Source of the DNA: Myxococcota bacterium | Lineage (GTDB): Bacteria; Myxococcota_A; SURF-8 | Reading direction: 5' to 3' | DNA: 64,000 nucleotides | Assembly: GCA_965140415.1 (NCBI GenBank) | Contig: OZ223209.1 | Coordinates: 5,568,001-5,632,000, forward strand | Shown: in pieces, positions 31,272 to 41,660 of the stretch | How positions within the stretch are numbered: position 1 is the stretch's first letter | Layout of the letters: each line of letters opens with the position of its first letter | The notes under the pieces: model-generated | What the model was told of the DNA's origin: nothing | Database searches by the model: none | The model's input: the letters and a program-made list of their open reading frames with translations, nothing else | Program-made: the position numbers and the translations under genes

Positions 31272-32966
31272 CTAACGCCTGAAGTTTACGATAATGGCGT
31301 TGGGGCCGCCCTGATCGCCGTCGGTATTGTTGTTATCACCACCGCCGGAAGTGCCGAACCAATCGGTCGCCGCACCCGCACCGACTACCGCGCCGCCTGC
31401 CACGACGACACCGATGACAGTCCAGAACCACCAGGTCTTGTAGAAGGGCGTGACTTCGTCGTCATCTTCAGCTTTCGCAACCTGCTCGGGCGGAATGTAG
31501 GTATCTTTCCACTCGACCTGATCGCTCATCATCGTGGCCAGATAGTCATAGGTGGCCTGCTGGATGTCTTCGCTGGCCAACTCGATGCGTACGGTATGCG
31601 TTTTGTAGAGTTCCTCACCGATATCGTAGTAGAACCCTTCCAAAGTCACCACGCCGTTGGCTTCGCTGGTGCTGGTCAACAGAATGTTGTTCAGATCCGT
31701 ATCGTCACCGATCGTTCTGACCGATTCCCACATGTTGCGATGATCGAAACCGCGCTTGATGGTATCCAGTTCGGCGGTGTAGCTGTAGTACTTCAGAATC
31801 TGCTTCATTTTGATGTTCAGCTTTTTGCTGACGCCGGTATAAAGCGTCAAGCGCGAGCTGTAATCCTGATATCCCGCAGACTTGATTTCGAAGAAATGCT
31901 CTCCGGCATTGATGTTGCTTAGCTGAATCGGAGTCAGACCGCGGAAGTATCCATCCAGAAATACCGGCAGACCGTCGGGACTGGAATTGACGGACAAACT
32001 CGCCGTGGAGGCTTCGGACAAGCCCTGCTTGGCTTCCAGGAAAATCTCTTCCACTTCCGTGGGGAAGCCCTTGCCGCTGATATCGGCCTTGGGATTGAGC
32101 ATCAACAGACCGGTGAAAACATCGATCGCTTCATCCTCATCACCGTCCAGCACGTTGGCGGCACCCAGGTATAAGCGCGCCTGCTCGACTTTGCTGCGAT
32201 ACTCGGCAAATTCGAGAATGGGACCGTAAGCGGTCAGCGCGTTTTCCAGTTGATCGATGGCATCGCCCAGTTTCAACGCGTTGTAGGCGCTAATGCCGTC
32301 TTCCAAAGCACGGTCGGCTTTCTTGGCAACGCTATCCTCTTTAACTGCGGAGGGTTCACCGTAAGCGTCGTTGACCGGCATATGCGTGTATTGAGTAGCG
32401 CCTCGCAGCCAGTTCTCGATCAACAGTTCCTGCTCTGCGGCACGGCGTTCGAATTTCTTCTGGCTCGGGATGACGATGGAAAGCACTTTGGTCGATCCAT
32501 CGACGCGATGATCGGCGAGTTGAGGAGAGCTGACGCGCTGCACGGCTTTCTGCACCGGCTCTTCGTCTTCTTCCATTTCCTCGTCGTATTCCTCGTCCTC
32601 GTCTTCTTCGAGTTCCTCTTTCGGTTGAGGTTTCGGAGCGACCGGCTCCTCTTCCTCTTCCAACTCTTCTTCGTCCTCTTCGTCCTCGTTTTCATCCATA
32701 ACGGGCTCAGGCTCTTTGGACTTGGCCGGTTCCGGTTCTACTTCCGGCTCCGGTTCTTCCGCCGGCTCTTCTACAGCGGGAGCCTCTTCGGCAGGTTCAC
32801 CGAACAGGTCGGAATCGTCCTCTTCCAGCAGATCGTCGATGGATTGGGCGTATGCCTTGCTCACACTTCCATAGATCGGCAGGTTGCCGCCGTAGAGCAG
32901 GAAGAACGTAGTAAGCAGTACGTAGGTAATGGGTCTAAACCAGAATAAGGTCGATAGTCGCCTCAT
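31272..32966 (-). CDS. PEGA-domain protein with long acidic linker and TPR-like segment
   Basis: LSVNSSPDG..VFLDG...G.TP PEGA motif; PFYKTWWFWT C-terminal TM. Confidence 0.85.
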   Translation of the reverse strand: MRRLSTLFWFRPITYVLLTTFFLLYGGNLPIYGSVSKAYAQSIDDLLEEDDSDLFGEPAEEAPAVEEPAEEPEPEVEPEPAKSKEPEPVMDENEDEEDEEELEEEEEPVAPKPQPKEELEEDEDEEYDEEMEEDEEPVQKAVQRVSSPQLADHRVDGSTKVLSIVIPSQKKFERRAAEQELLIENWLRGATQYTHMPVNDAYGEPSAVKEDSVAKKADRALEDGISAYNALKLGDAIDQLENALTAYGPILEFAEYRSKVEQARLYLGAANVLDGDEDEAIDVFTGLLMLNPKADISGKGFPTEVEEIFLEAKQGLSEASTASLSVNSSPDGLPVFLDGYFRGLTPIQLSNINAGEHFFEIKSAGYQDYSSRLTLYTGVSKKLNIKMKQILKYYSYTAELDTIKRGFDHRNMWESVRTIGDDTDLNNILLTSTSEANGVVTLEGFYYDIGEELYKTHTVRIELASEDIQQATYDYLATMMSDQVEWKDTYIPPEQVAKAEDDDEVTPFYKTWWFWTVIGVVVAGGAVVGAGAATDWFGTSGGGDNNNTDGDQGGPNAIIVNFRR

Positions 32967-33071
32967 CGTGTTACTCTCCCACACAATATGAATAGATGAC
33001 CAAGATTCCCTTGATGTATACCTTAACCGGCTACCCGGTTGCAAGAAATTTTCACTGGGATTTCAAAGCAT

Positions 33072-33671
33072 TCACTCCGCAGCGGAGTTCTCCGGGGCTT
33101 TTTCGTCCAAGCGTTCCAGGTTTACGATCTTTTCTTCCAGTAAATCCACCTGGGCAGTCAGGGCATCGATTTCCTTGCGCAACAAGGTAAAGCTCGTAAC
33201 CGGACCGACCAGAGCCTTGATGCGCTCGTCGATGCGATGCTGCAAATCCTCCAGATTCTGCTGGGAATGCTGCACCACTTCTTCCAACAGGCTCACACCT
33301 TCCTCGCGGGTAAAGACGTTTTTGGACAACAGCTTTTCCAGCGCGCCCCTCGTTTTTTCCGCTTCTTCCTTTAACTGCCCGATATTCATACGTTTTTGCA
33401 AAAAGTCAGTAATCGCGCCACCACCGGTCTGGATGATATCCCGCAGCGTCTGCGAAGGGAAAAGCTTCTGCTTTTTCTCCTTTTCGTAAATGATCTGCGC
33501 CAGGGTAATGGAAGTGATGTCTTTTTTGCTTTTGTAATCGATGATCTTGACATCCACACCGTTTCTCACCATTTGAGCGATTTCATTCAGCGTGATGTAG
33601 CAACTGTCGTTGGTGTTGTACAACTTGCGATTCGCATATCGCTTGATGACGATCGGTTTTGGTTTCTCCAT
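33072..33671 (-). CDS. PHA synthesis regulator (PhaR/PHB_acc_N DNA-binding domain)
   Basis: IKRYANRKLYNT..S.YITL..IA.MV..G..V.IID..S..DIT..TL.QII. Confidence 0.88.
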   Translation of the reverse strand: MEKPKPIVIKRYANRKLYNTNDSCYITLNEIAQMVRNGVDVKIIDYKSKKDITSITLAQIIYEKEKKQKLFPSQTLRDIIQTGGGAITDFLQKRMNIGQLKEEAEKTRGALEKLLSKNVFTREEGVSLLEEVVQHSQQNLEDLQHRIDERIKALVGPVTSFTLLRKEIDALTAQVDLLEEKIVNLERLDEKAPENSAAE

Positions 33672-33804
33672 ACCGGTTTTCCTTGCCTGTTAGCAGATTT
33701 GGAAACGATTCACCCGCTCTGCGTGTAACATAAATCGTGGCAACTTGTCAATTTCGCGTTACGGCACGTGCGTATCACAAGATCTTGCGATTGGCTTTGA
33801 AAAC

Positions 33805-33891
33805 GGGTGCCATGGGACAAACGAAGAGAAACGGAGCTTGTCCATGTGGCTCTTTAACACGGGCAAGCCTGCGGCTTAGCCCGCGCCACCC
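33805..33891 (+). repeat. REPIN-like double hairpin, family A (87 bp)
   Basis: GGGTG...CACCC ends; homologous to 35547 and 38500. Confidence 0.85.
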
Positions 33892-33929
33892 AGAAATCAT
33901 ACAGGTTTGCAACTTCTTATGATGCACCC

Positions 33930-35405
33930 TTACGGAACCTGCACTTGGGTTTCCAACGCTTCCGAAGCGCCATCCGGCCAGACACGCACCGTATACAATC
34001 CGTTCATCAGGCGCGTCAATTCAGTAGTGACATCGATGGGACAGGGAGTATCGCATGGCACCGGGTTGTGTACGGTTTCAAATAGCTCCAGCAGGGCTCC
34101 GTCCTGATTCAAGCGAATGGAGACGTTTTGCAGGCAGCTATCCAGCGGCGCATTGTGATGCACGATCGTCAACCGGTTGTTCTGATAGTTCGCTTCGACC
34201 GACTCCGGATAATTAGCCGGATCGTAGGAGGCAGGCGGTTCGTTGCAATTGGAATTGTAGTAGTCGTCCAGATAGGCGGTGTTCAGGATCACCTGCTCGT
34301 GTTCCTCTTCCACCACATCCGCCCATTCCGGCTCCGGTTCGATTTCGATCAGATCCAGATCGCCATCGGGCAGTAGCCAGGTATCGAAGCTGATGCTGCC
34401 GCCCGCAAAGGCATTTCCGGCCATATCCGTAATTCCCGCATCAATGCTCACCTGGTAGGTCGTGTTGATGTGCAAAGCCTCGTTCAGACTTAAAAAGATA
34501 GAAGTATCAGGTGGTTGCGCCAACCAGTTCCCCTCCCAAAGCGGTTCGTGGTCATCGTCGCCTTTAATCGAAACATGCGCTGCAATATCCCAGCGATCCC
34601 GGTCCATGGCTTCGGAGAAATAGATCAAAACGCCATCTAGCGTAGTCGAAACGCCGCTCTGCCCGTCACGAGGCAGCGAATCGCGCAGGGTGGGAGCCGT
34701 GTAATCGCCCCAGTCCACCTCCCAGTCGCCATCCAGTTCGCCCGCAACGGTGAAATAGAAAGTCGTTCCCGCAAACGCATTGCCTGCCAGATCGTGCAGG
34801 CTATTCGCCTCGATCGAAATAGTATAGGTAACGCCCTCTTCCAGTTCGCCGAAACTCAGATCCAGTTGACGCTTATCCTGAGTGAATTGACCGGAATAGA
34901 TCACGTTGCCCGGTCCGCCGAAAAAGCGCAGATCGCGCTTCATGACAAAGCCGTCCAGCTCCATTGCCTCCGAAAACACGATAATGACGCGCCGAATGCC
35001 GGGGTCGACGCCCTGGGCGCCGTCAACCGGGCTGGTGCTTTCGATCTCCGGTGGGGTGGTATCGACAGCGGGCTCCTGTTCCACCGGATCGTCATCGAGG
35101 TCCGTATCGCCATCCGCCGGGGGATCGGGTGGATTGACGCACTCGCCTTTTTCGCAGACTTTCTCGGCATCGGCGCAATCGGCCAGCACCAACCAGTCGC
35201 CATCGCGACAGATCACCGCCTGGGTTCCCAAGCAGGCTAACACGTCTTCATCGCAAAGCGTGGACTCCTCCTCTTTCTGGACTTCCTGATCTGCGTCCCC
35301 ATCTACGGGGGCATTGTCATCGGAACCGCAGGCAAACAGAAACAAAAGAACGAGCATCGCCGCGCACAGCCGGAAATAACTCTCGATGTTAGAATGGGGG
35401 ATCAT
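33930..35405 (-). CDS. Lipoprotein with two bacterial Ig-like (Big_5) domains
   Basis: Lipobox LFAC; two D.T.P.....P.DG...V...FSEAM...D.AGN modules. Confidence 0.85.
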   Translation of the reverse strand: MIPHSNIESYFRLCAAMLVLLFLFACGSDDNAPVDGDADQEVQKEEESTLCDEDVLACLGTQAVICRDGDWLVLADCADAEKVCEKGECVNPPDPPADGDTDLDDDPVEQEPAVDTTPPEIESTSPVDGAQGVDPGIRRVIIVFSEAMELDGFVMKRDLRFFGGPGNVIYSGQFTQDKRQLDLSFGELEEGVTYTISIEANSLHDLAGNAFAGTTFYFTVAGELDGDWEVDWGDYTAPTLRDSLPRDGQSGVSTTLDGVLIYFSEAMDRDRWDIAAHVSIKGDDDHEPLWEGNWLAQPPDTSIFLSLNEALHINTTYQVSIDAGITDMAGNAFAGGSISFDTWLLPDGDLDLIEIEPEPEWADVVEEEHEQVILNTAYLDDYYNSNCNEPPASYDPANYPESVEANYQNNRLTIVHHNAPLDSCLQNVSIRLNQDGALLELFETVHNPVPCDTPCPIDVTTELTRLMNGLYTVRVWPDGASEALETQVQVP

Positions 35406-35546
35406 GTTCACACCTCTATACTCAGTCAGCTTGACGGTGGTACCCACTACCTAGTCTTATCAAATGGCGACTACGGCGGCAATTCCTTTTTATCAGTGCC
35501 ACCAGTAAAAGGTGTATCACAACAAATTGTTACTGGCTAAAAAAGC

Positions 35547-35633
35547 GGGTGCCATGGGCTAAGCGAAGGGAAACGGAGCTTGCCCATGTAACTCTCGAAC
35601 ACGGGCAATCCTACGGCTTAGCCCGCGCCACCC
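35547..35633 (+). repeat. REPIN-like double hairpin, family A (87 bp)
   Basis: Near-identical to 33805 and 38500. Confidence 0.85.
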
Positions 35634-35802
35634 TGAAATCAGATTGATTTGCTATTCCCTGTAAAATATCCTCCCACCCCGGTAAAGCTAGACGAAGAAA
35701 AAAGTTTGTCTTGCTGAACTTGACACCGTGGCGCTGGTGATGCTACAAAAAAAGACAGAACAATTCTTGTTCGTTTATTCACGATGACGCATGGAGGACA
35801 AG

Positions 35803-36384
35803 ATGGGGAAAAAGTCGCTCGTTTTGTTATTGGCTGTGCTGTTGACACTGACCGCCAGCATCGCTGCCGCAGGAGAGAAGGAAGAAGCCCAGGAGGAAAT
35901 GAAGCGCCTGGAAAAAGTGATGGCCTTTTCCAAGTCTACATTGATTCCGATGATCAACTGTTTCGCTCAGAATCAACCACGCTTGCAGTACCTCAACGAG
36001 CAGAACCCCAACGCCGGACGCGACGCCATCACCAAGCTGGACTATTGCTCCTCGGCTTATCCGGATTCCGTTGAAGACAGCGAAGCCATGGCCCTGAAGC
36101 AGCGGGTATCGGTGCTGTACAGCAAGGATATCCAGGACGGACGCAAGCTGGTCGACATTGCGGATGAATACTACGCTATTCGCGCCGCCTTGCAAGCCGC
36201 CAAAAAGAAAGATCCCGAAAAGATCAAACAACGCGATGCTTTAAAGCAGAAACTGGAAACACAGAAACAGGGTCTGTACAAAGACGCGCTGGAATTCCAG
36301 AAAATCCAGAAGGATTTCAAAACCTGGAGCACGGGCGTGACCAACGCCTTTGTCGAGGCAAGAAAGAAAGCCACCGGCAAATAG
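35803..36384 (+). CDS. Hypothetical secreted helical protein
   Basis: GGAGG RBS, signal peptide, terminator downstream. Confidence 0.75.
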   Translation: MGKKSLVLLLAVLLTLTASIAAAGEKEEAQEEMKRLEKVMAFSKSTLIPMINCFAQNQPRLQYLNEQNPNAGRDAITKLDYCSSAYPDSVEDSEAMALKQRVSVLYSKDIQDGRKLVDIADEYYAIRAALQAAKKKDPEKIKQRDALKQKLETQKQGLYKDALEFQKIQKDFKTWSTGVTNAFVEARKKATGK

Positions 36385-36404
36385 AGCGTTTGAAAGATGC
36401 ATTC

Positions 36405-36433
36405 AAGCCCCGCCTTATTGGCGGGGTTTTTTC
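36405..36433 (+). terminator. Intrinsic terminator
   Basis: AAGCCCCGCC-TTATT-GGCGGGGTTTTTT. Confidence 0.8.
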
Positions 36434-36465
36434 TCGGAGACCGGGAAAACGAAGGGAGCCGCTTC

Positions 36466-38460
36466 ATGCATATTCTGTATGAAATCGTGATCGTACTGGC
36501 CCTTGCGGCGATCGTGGTGTTTCTGGGACAGAAACTGCGCCTGCCTGCCATCGTCGGCTTCCTGGTAACGGGAGTGGTTGTCGGACCGTCTTCACTGGGA
36601 CTGATTTCCGACCCGGAAACGGTGGAGATGCTGGCCGAAATCGGCATCGTGCTGTTGATGTTCACCATCGGCATGGAATTCTCGCTGAACCAGCTTTTTT
36701 CCATTCGCAAAACGGTCTTCGCCGGTGGACTGCTACAGGTCTTCCTTACACTGGCCGTCTGTGCCGGTTGGGCGCTGGCAATGGGACGCCCAAGCAACCA
36801 GGCGGTGTTCATCGGCTTGATGCTGGCGATGAGCAGCACGGCCATCGTACTCAAGCTGTTGGCGGAACGAGCGGAAGTCGATACGCCTCATGGCCGGGTG
36901 GCGCTGGGTGTGCTGATCTTTCAGGACATCCTGATCGTGCCTGCCATGCTGGTGGTACCGCTGTTATCCGGCAGCGGTCTGGATGCCGGTGGTCCCATGC
37001 ACCTGCTGCTCGCCAAGGTGCTGCTGGCGGTTCCTTCCGTGTGGCTATTGGCGAAATACATTGTGCCGCTGTCATTGAAGCAGGTCGCCGCGACGCGCAA
37101 CCAGGAACTGTTCATGCTCTCCATTCTGGTGATCGGCTTCGCCATTGCCGGATTATCCGAGGCGATCGGGCTGAAATTGGCGCTGGGCGCGTTTCTGGCC
37201 GGGTTGATCATCTCCGAATCCGAATACAGCCACCAGGCGCTGGGCGCGATCCTGCCCTTTCGCGATGTGTTTTTAAGCTTCTTCTTCATTTCGGTCGGCC
37301 TGCTGCTCGATGTCGGCTTTCTGTTCGATCATCTGGGAACGGTTCTGTTGATCGCGGGCGGAGTGCTGCTATTGAAAACCATTACCGGTGCGGCAGCAAG
37401 TGCGGTGCTTGGGCATCCGCTACGCACGGCGCTATTGGCCGGGCTGGCGCTGTCGCAGGTCGGTGAATTTTCACTGTTGTTGTCGAAAACCGGTCTGGAA
37501 GCAGGCATCATTCAGGCGGATACCTATCAACTCTTTTTAGCCGTGGTCATTCTAACGATGGCCGCTGCTCCGGTGGCGATCGGTCTGGGACCGCGTGTCG
37601 TTGGCAGGGTGGCGACACGCATCAATCACTGGCGTGGTAAGACGCAAACCGAAGCGGAACCGGAAACCGCCGAAAACAATCACCTGCTGATCGTCGGTTT
37701 CGGCTTGAATGGCCGCAATCTGGCCACCGCCGCGAAAAAGTGCGGCATCAGTCACGCCATTATCGAGATGAACCCGGACACCGTTCACAAAATGAAGAAG
37801 GAAGGCATCCCGATTCATTACGGCGACGCCTCCAACGAAATGGTACTGGCGCATGCAGGCGTGAGTGCGGCCAAGGTCGCCGTGATCGCCATCAACGATG
37901 CGGCAGCCACGCGCCGTATCGTCGAACTGCTCAGGCGACGCAATCCCAAGCTGCACATCATCGCACGCACGCGCTTTATGGCCGAAGTCCCCGCGCTCTA
38001 CGGCCTGGGCGCAAACGAAGTGATCCCGGAAGAGTTTGAAACCTCCATTGAAATTTTCGCACGGGTGATGCGGCGCTACCTGATTTCCCGCGAGCAGATC
38101 GAGCGCTTCATTGCCGATATCCGCGCCGATGGCTACCAGATGCTGCGCGCTCCCAGCGGTGCAGCCACTGCGATCAGTCCGCTGCAACCGGTGCTGGAGC
38201 AGGTCGATATCGAATCGGCGCGCGTACAAGCCGACTCCCCTGTGGTCGGGCTGCCCCTCTCCGAGTTGCGCATCCGAACCGATTTCGGCGTGACGGTGCT
38301 TGCCATTCAGCGACAAAACGAGTTGCGCTCCAATCCCGATGGTGAAGAGCGCTTGTGCGCGGGCGACAGCCTGGTGCTGATGGGAAAAAGCGAACAGTTG
38401 CGGGCCTTCACTCAACGGATCGCCGCCTACGAACCTTCCGATTCGGATTCGGACGCATAA
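36466..38460 (+). CDS. CPA2 (Kef-type) monovalent cation/H+ antiporter with TrkA_N and TrkA_C domains
   Basis: AEIGIVLLMFTIGMEFS, SSTAIV, QVGEFS, IVGFG.NG, C-terminal RCK. Confidence 0.92.
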   Translation: MHILYEIVIVLALAAIVVFLGQKLRLPAIVGFLVTGVVVGPSSLGLISDPETVEMLAEIGIVLLMFTIGMEFSLNQLFSIRKTVFAGGLLQVFLTLAVCAGWALAMGRPSNQAVFIGLMLAMSSTAIVLKLLAERAEVDTPHGRVALGVLIFQDILIVPAMLVVPLLSGSGLDAGGPMHLLLAKVLLAVPSVWLLAKYIVPLSLKQVAATRNQELFMLSILVIGFAIAGLSEAIGLKLALGAFLAGLIISESEYSHQALGAILPFRDVFLSFFFISVGLLLDVGFLFDHLGTVLLIAGGVLLLKTITGAAASAVLGHPLRTALLAGLALSQVGEFSLLLSKTGLEAGIIQADTYQLFLAVVILTMAAAPVAIGLGPRVVGRVATRINHWRGKTQTEAEPETAENNHLLIVGFGLNGRNLATAAKKCGISHAIIEMNPDTVHKMKKEGIPIHYGDASNEMVLAHAGVSAAKVAVIAINDAAATRRIVELLRRRNPKLHIIARTRFMAEVPALYGLGANEVIPEEFETSIEIFARVMRRYLISREQIERFIADIRADGYQMLRAPSGAATAISPLQPVLEQVDIESARVQADSPVVGLPLSELRIRTDFGVTVLAIQRQNELRSNPDGEERLCAGDSLVLMGKSEQLRAFTQRIAAYEPSDSDSDA

Positions 38461-38499
38461 TAATAGTAACGTATTATTGTTTGAAATGTACCCTTCGAC

Positions 38500-38586
38500 G
38501 GGTGACATGGGCTAAGCGAAGAGAAACGAAGCTTGCCCATGTGGCTTTCGAGCACGGGCAAGCCTGCGGCTTAGCCCGCGCCACCC
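38500..38586 (+). repeat. REPIN-like double hairpin, family A (87 bp)
   Basis: Near-identical to 33805 and 35547. Confidence 0.85.
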
Positions 38587-38608
38587 TTCCTTCGTTTGAA
38601 GTATTATT

Positions 38609-38643
38609 CGGCGGGCTCACGCCTCGCCGCTACAAGAAGACAT
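38609..38643 (-). repeat. GTAG-footed REP-like hairpin, family C
   Basis: 35 bp identical to 52282-52316; minus strand reads GTAG-CGGCGAGGCGTGAGCCCGCCG. Confidence 0.8.
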
Positions 38644-38676
38644 CGCCAGTGATGAATAACAACTCCTCTACACAGC

Positions 38677-38708
38677 AAAAAGCGGCGGGCTTATGCGCCG
38701 CCGCTTTA
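38677..38708 (-). terminator. Probable terminator between convergent genes
   Basis: AAAAAGCGGCGG-loop-CCGCCGCTTT. Confidence 0.65.
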
Positions 38709-38753
38709 AGAATCAACCTACCCTAGGTTTTCCCGAGATTCTTTTTTTCCTTG

Positions 38754-39590
38754 CTACGGATTCTTCTGAGTCGGTTTTCTGTTCTTCATCGGCTTGACGC
38801 CTTTCGCATTCCGCTTTCTTAACGAGTTTTTCTTCTCCATTTTGTTCAAGCCCTTTTGATTCGGAGCACCTTTGAAGCGTGGAGAAATTGCGGAAGGATG
38901 ATGTTTTCCACGGCGTTTTAAATTTCCCGGTCGTTGCGGCTTGCCGACTTTTTCAAGCAGGGTCGCCATGTCGACCTGATTGATCAAATCCAACGCCACG
39001 CTGCCGGAATCCACACCCGTTGCTTGGGCTTCGATAAACAAACGCCCGCGAACCATGAACATCGACTTCGAAGTTTTGGTGGCTTTGTTATAGAATTCGT
39101 AGCCGTTCAGTTTTCCGGTTCTGATCTTGTTCATCTCGAAATTCTTATCGCGACGAAGTTTGCCGATTCTCTTGCGAGCCACTTTAGTGTGTTCCCTGTC
39201 GCGCATGGTGTCGGTGATGGTCAATGTCACTTTACCCTGAGAACCTTTATAGCTTCTCCGGGCGAAAGACGACTTGGGATCTTCCGCGTTTTTTGCGCTA
39301 TGACCGGTTACTTTCGAGGCTTTCCAGTTTTTGCCCTCCGGAGGCAACACGCTTGCAAGGAAGTCCTGTGTAAACGGCGTCAGCGAAGACCTCTTCGGAG
39401 CCTTTTCCAATTTGCGAGCGGAAGGCTGAAGCTTGACATCCTTTTCGATACCCGCTCCCTTTTCCTTCATCGCCACACTGTCTTTGCTCGCGTTCGCTTG
39501 CTTATCCGAAGAGCACTTGCTGCAACCGGAAGCGGCTACACTAAACGCGACCAGACCCACGCAAAGAATCAAGATCCATTTGGATTTCAT
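38754..39590 (-). CDS. Hypothetical, highly basic lipoprotein
   Basis: AGGAG RBS, lipobox ASGC, K/R-rich. Confidence 0.7.
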   Translation of the reverse strand: MKSKWILILCVGLVAFSVAASGCSKCSSDKQANASKDSVAMKEKGAGIEKDVKLQPSARKLEKAPKRSSLTPFTQDFLASVLPPEGKNWKASKVTGHSAKNAEDPKSSFARRSYKGSQGKVTLTITDTMRDREHTKVARKRIGKLRRDKNFEMNKIRTGKLNGYEFYNKATKTSKSMFMVRGRLFIEAQATGVDSGSVALDLINQVDMATLLEKVGKPQRPGNLKRRGKHHPSAISPRFKGAPNQKGLNKMEKKNSLRKRNAKGVKPMKNRKPTQKNP

Positions 39591-39628
39591 AGTATAAACT
39601 CCTTTATTGCGATGTATTTCCCGTACAA

Positions 39629-41659
39629 TCAATGATGCGAATTCGAATAATTCGCCAGCAGTCGAACGATTTCCTGCTGGATTTCCTTTAGTCGTCGCCG
39701 GTTTTTACCCATGCACTCGTTGAAAAAGAGGGTAAATACCAGATCGCGCTCGGAGCGGGTATGCAACACACCCGATAATGCGATCACTTGTTCCAGGCTG
39801 CCTGTTTTCCCGCGTAGCAGATCCGTTACCTCGTTGTCAATAAAAGACGTTCGAAGGGTGCCGTCGCGCCCTGCCACCGCCAGGGAAGTTAAAAACTCCG
39901 CCCCGGCTTTCGGATCGTTGCGCATATAACGAAAGACAAGGGCAAACAGTTCCGGCGGTAACTGGTTGACATCTCCCAAACCGCTGCCGTTTTTCAAGCG
40001 ATATCCCTTCAGGTTGTAACCGATTTCCGTCTCCAAAAATTCCCGCAGGACATCGATTCCTTTTTCCCAGGTGCCCGGCTCCTCGCGCAATTGGGCACCC
40101 AGCGTTTTCAAGATCTGCTCGGCCATGTGGTTGTTGGAATACTTGTTCACCAGTGAAACGATGCGCCACAGCGGCAACGAATAGAAGGTATTCAATTTTT
40201 TGGCGTCCTCGGGTACCCGTCCAAGATGCACGTAGCCGGTGGTTCGAATGTCCAGGCGTTTCATGGCATCGTGGATCGTCCAACCGGCGAACATGGGTGG
40301 ATTGTCGATTTTCAGGTTGAACATGCGCACCCTGGCGCGTTCGTTGATGCGCCCCTCCACCGTGATGACGTTGCGCTCATCTTCCAGCACGCTATGAACC
40401 TGCAAGCGTGTACGCCGCTTCGCCATGGTCGTGGCGGTGTTGCGAACTTCGATGTAGCGGGTCTGCGGAATCACGACAACCCGCGCGGCCTGACCCGGTA
40501 CACTGGGACGGATACGCACCGTAACCGCATTGAAATTGGCCGACAAGGCCCCCATGGGAGCCTGATAGGCGTTGTCGGTGTCGTCCTGTTCCCAGCCCGG
40601 TCCCTGGCGTACACTGTCGAAATAGCTGTCGTCGATGTAGATATTTCCTTCGATGCGTCGCAAGCCACGCGCGTACAATTCGGTCGCCAGTCGATAAATC
40701 TGCTCGACCGTCAATGCCGGATCGCCACCACCTTTGATATAGAGATCGCCTTTGAGCGTTCCGGTGGCTTTGTCGATTTCCGCAGTGGAATAGAATGTGG
40801 TTTTAAAACGAAAATTCGGACCGAGCAGTTTCAGAGCAGCCGCCACCGTCAACAGTTTCTGATTGCTGGCCGGGTTCATCGGTTCTCGACCATTGTGACA
40901 GATCAAGACCTGCCCATCCTCGGCATCCATCACATACAGGCCGACCTTCACGCCTTGCAATTCCGGTCGCGCCAACGTCCGCGCCAGGCTTTTCGCCAAT
41001 GCCGTTTCATCCAGCGCCTCGCCGCCTTCGAACAAGGGGCCATCCTCGTCCAGATCGCCTTTGAATTCTGGCAACTCCATGTGCGGTTTCAATGGCGGCA
41101 AATCAGGCAGATCGCCATCTTCGGCAGATATTTCTTCGACGGAATCCAGATCGCCGTCATCCGTACCGGTGGCTTGGGTCTGCTCTGCATCGGCATCGGC
41201 TTGCTTTGCCTGTGCAGTCGTTCCGCTTTCCGGCTGAGAAAGCGGTTTCTCGGTTGTCGCCGCTTGGTTGGGATTGCTTTTCTGTTCAACCTTGGCAGGC
41301 TCAGTAGCGGCGGGAGCAGCAGGAGCAACAGCAGCGGCAGGCTCGGAATCTTTTATTTCGCTTGCCGCGGATTCCTGATCGCCGTCTGAAACGGGAGTCT
41401 CTTTCACTTCCACCGGTGGCGTCGCTGCCGTGGGCGCGCTCGGTGTTTCACTTGCAGCCTTTGCAGCAGCGGGTGCTTCAGTCGTTGCAGAAGATTCTTC
41501 CGGCTTTGGATCGGACGCGGCTTCGACATTGGACGCAGGTGGATTTTCCGTCGTGCTGTCCGCCGCTTGCGCCCAGGCAAACGAAACGAGTGCGACGAAC
41601 GCAATCAATGCCAGAGCGCCTATTAATCTTTTGCGATAGACAACCGGGTACCCACGCAC
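39629..41659 (-). CDS. dacB: D-Ala-D-Ala carboxypeptidase/endopeptidase PBP4 with long disordered N-terminus
   Basis: SxxK (PASNQK), SNN, KTG, GGDP, NGSGL. Confidence 0.93.
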   Translation of the reverse strand: MRGYPVVYRKRLIGALALIAFVALVSFAWAQAADSTTENPPASNVEAASDPKPEESSATTEAPAAAKAASETPSAPTAATPPVEVKETPVSDGDQESAASEIKDSEPAAAVAPAAPAATEPAKVEQKSNPNQAATTEKPLSQPESGTTAQAKQADADAEQTQATGTDDGDLDSVEEISAEDGDLPDLPPLKPHMELPEFKGDLDEDGPLFEGGEALDETALAKSLARTLARPELQGVKVGLYVMDAEDGQVLICHNGREPMNPASNQKLLTVAAALKLLGPNFRFKTTFYSTAEIDKATGTLKGDLYIKGGGDPALTVEQIYRLATELYARGLRRIEGNIYIDDSYFDSVRQGPGWEQDDTDNAYQAPMGALSANFNAVTVRIRPSVPGQAARVVVIPQTRYIEVRNTATTMAKRRTRLQVHSVLEDERNVITVEGRINERARVRMFNLKIDNPPMFAGWTIHDAMKRLDIRTTGYVHLGRVPEDAKKLNTFYSLPLWRIVSLVNKYSNNHMAEQILKTLGAQLREEPGTWEKGIDVLREFLETEIGYNLKGYRLKNGSGLGDVNQLPPELFALVFRYMRNDPKAGAEFLTSLAVAGRDGTLRTSFIDNEVTDLLRGKTGSLEQVIALSGVLHTRSERDLVFTLFFNECMGKNRRRLKEIQQEIVRLLANYSNSHH

Positions 41660-41660
41660 G

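Noticed and set aside
40226-41389. Long antisense ORFs (also 12992-13945, 20623-21501, 31080-31922, 37552-38508, 48864-49961, 54329-55426)
   Set aside because: Shadow frames opposite well-supported genes in GC-rich DNA, with no motifs
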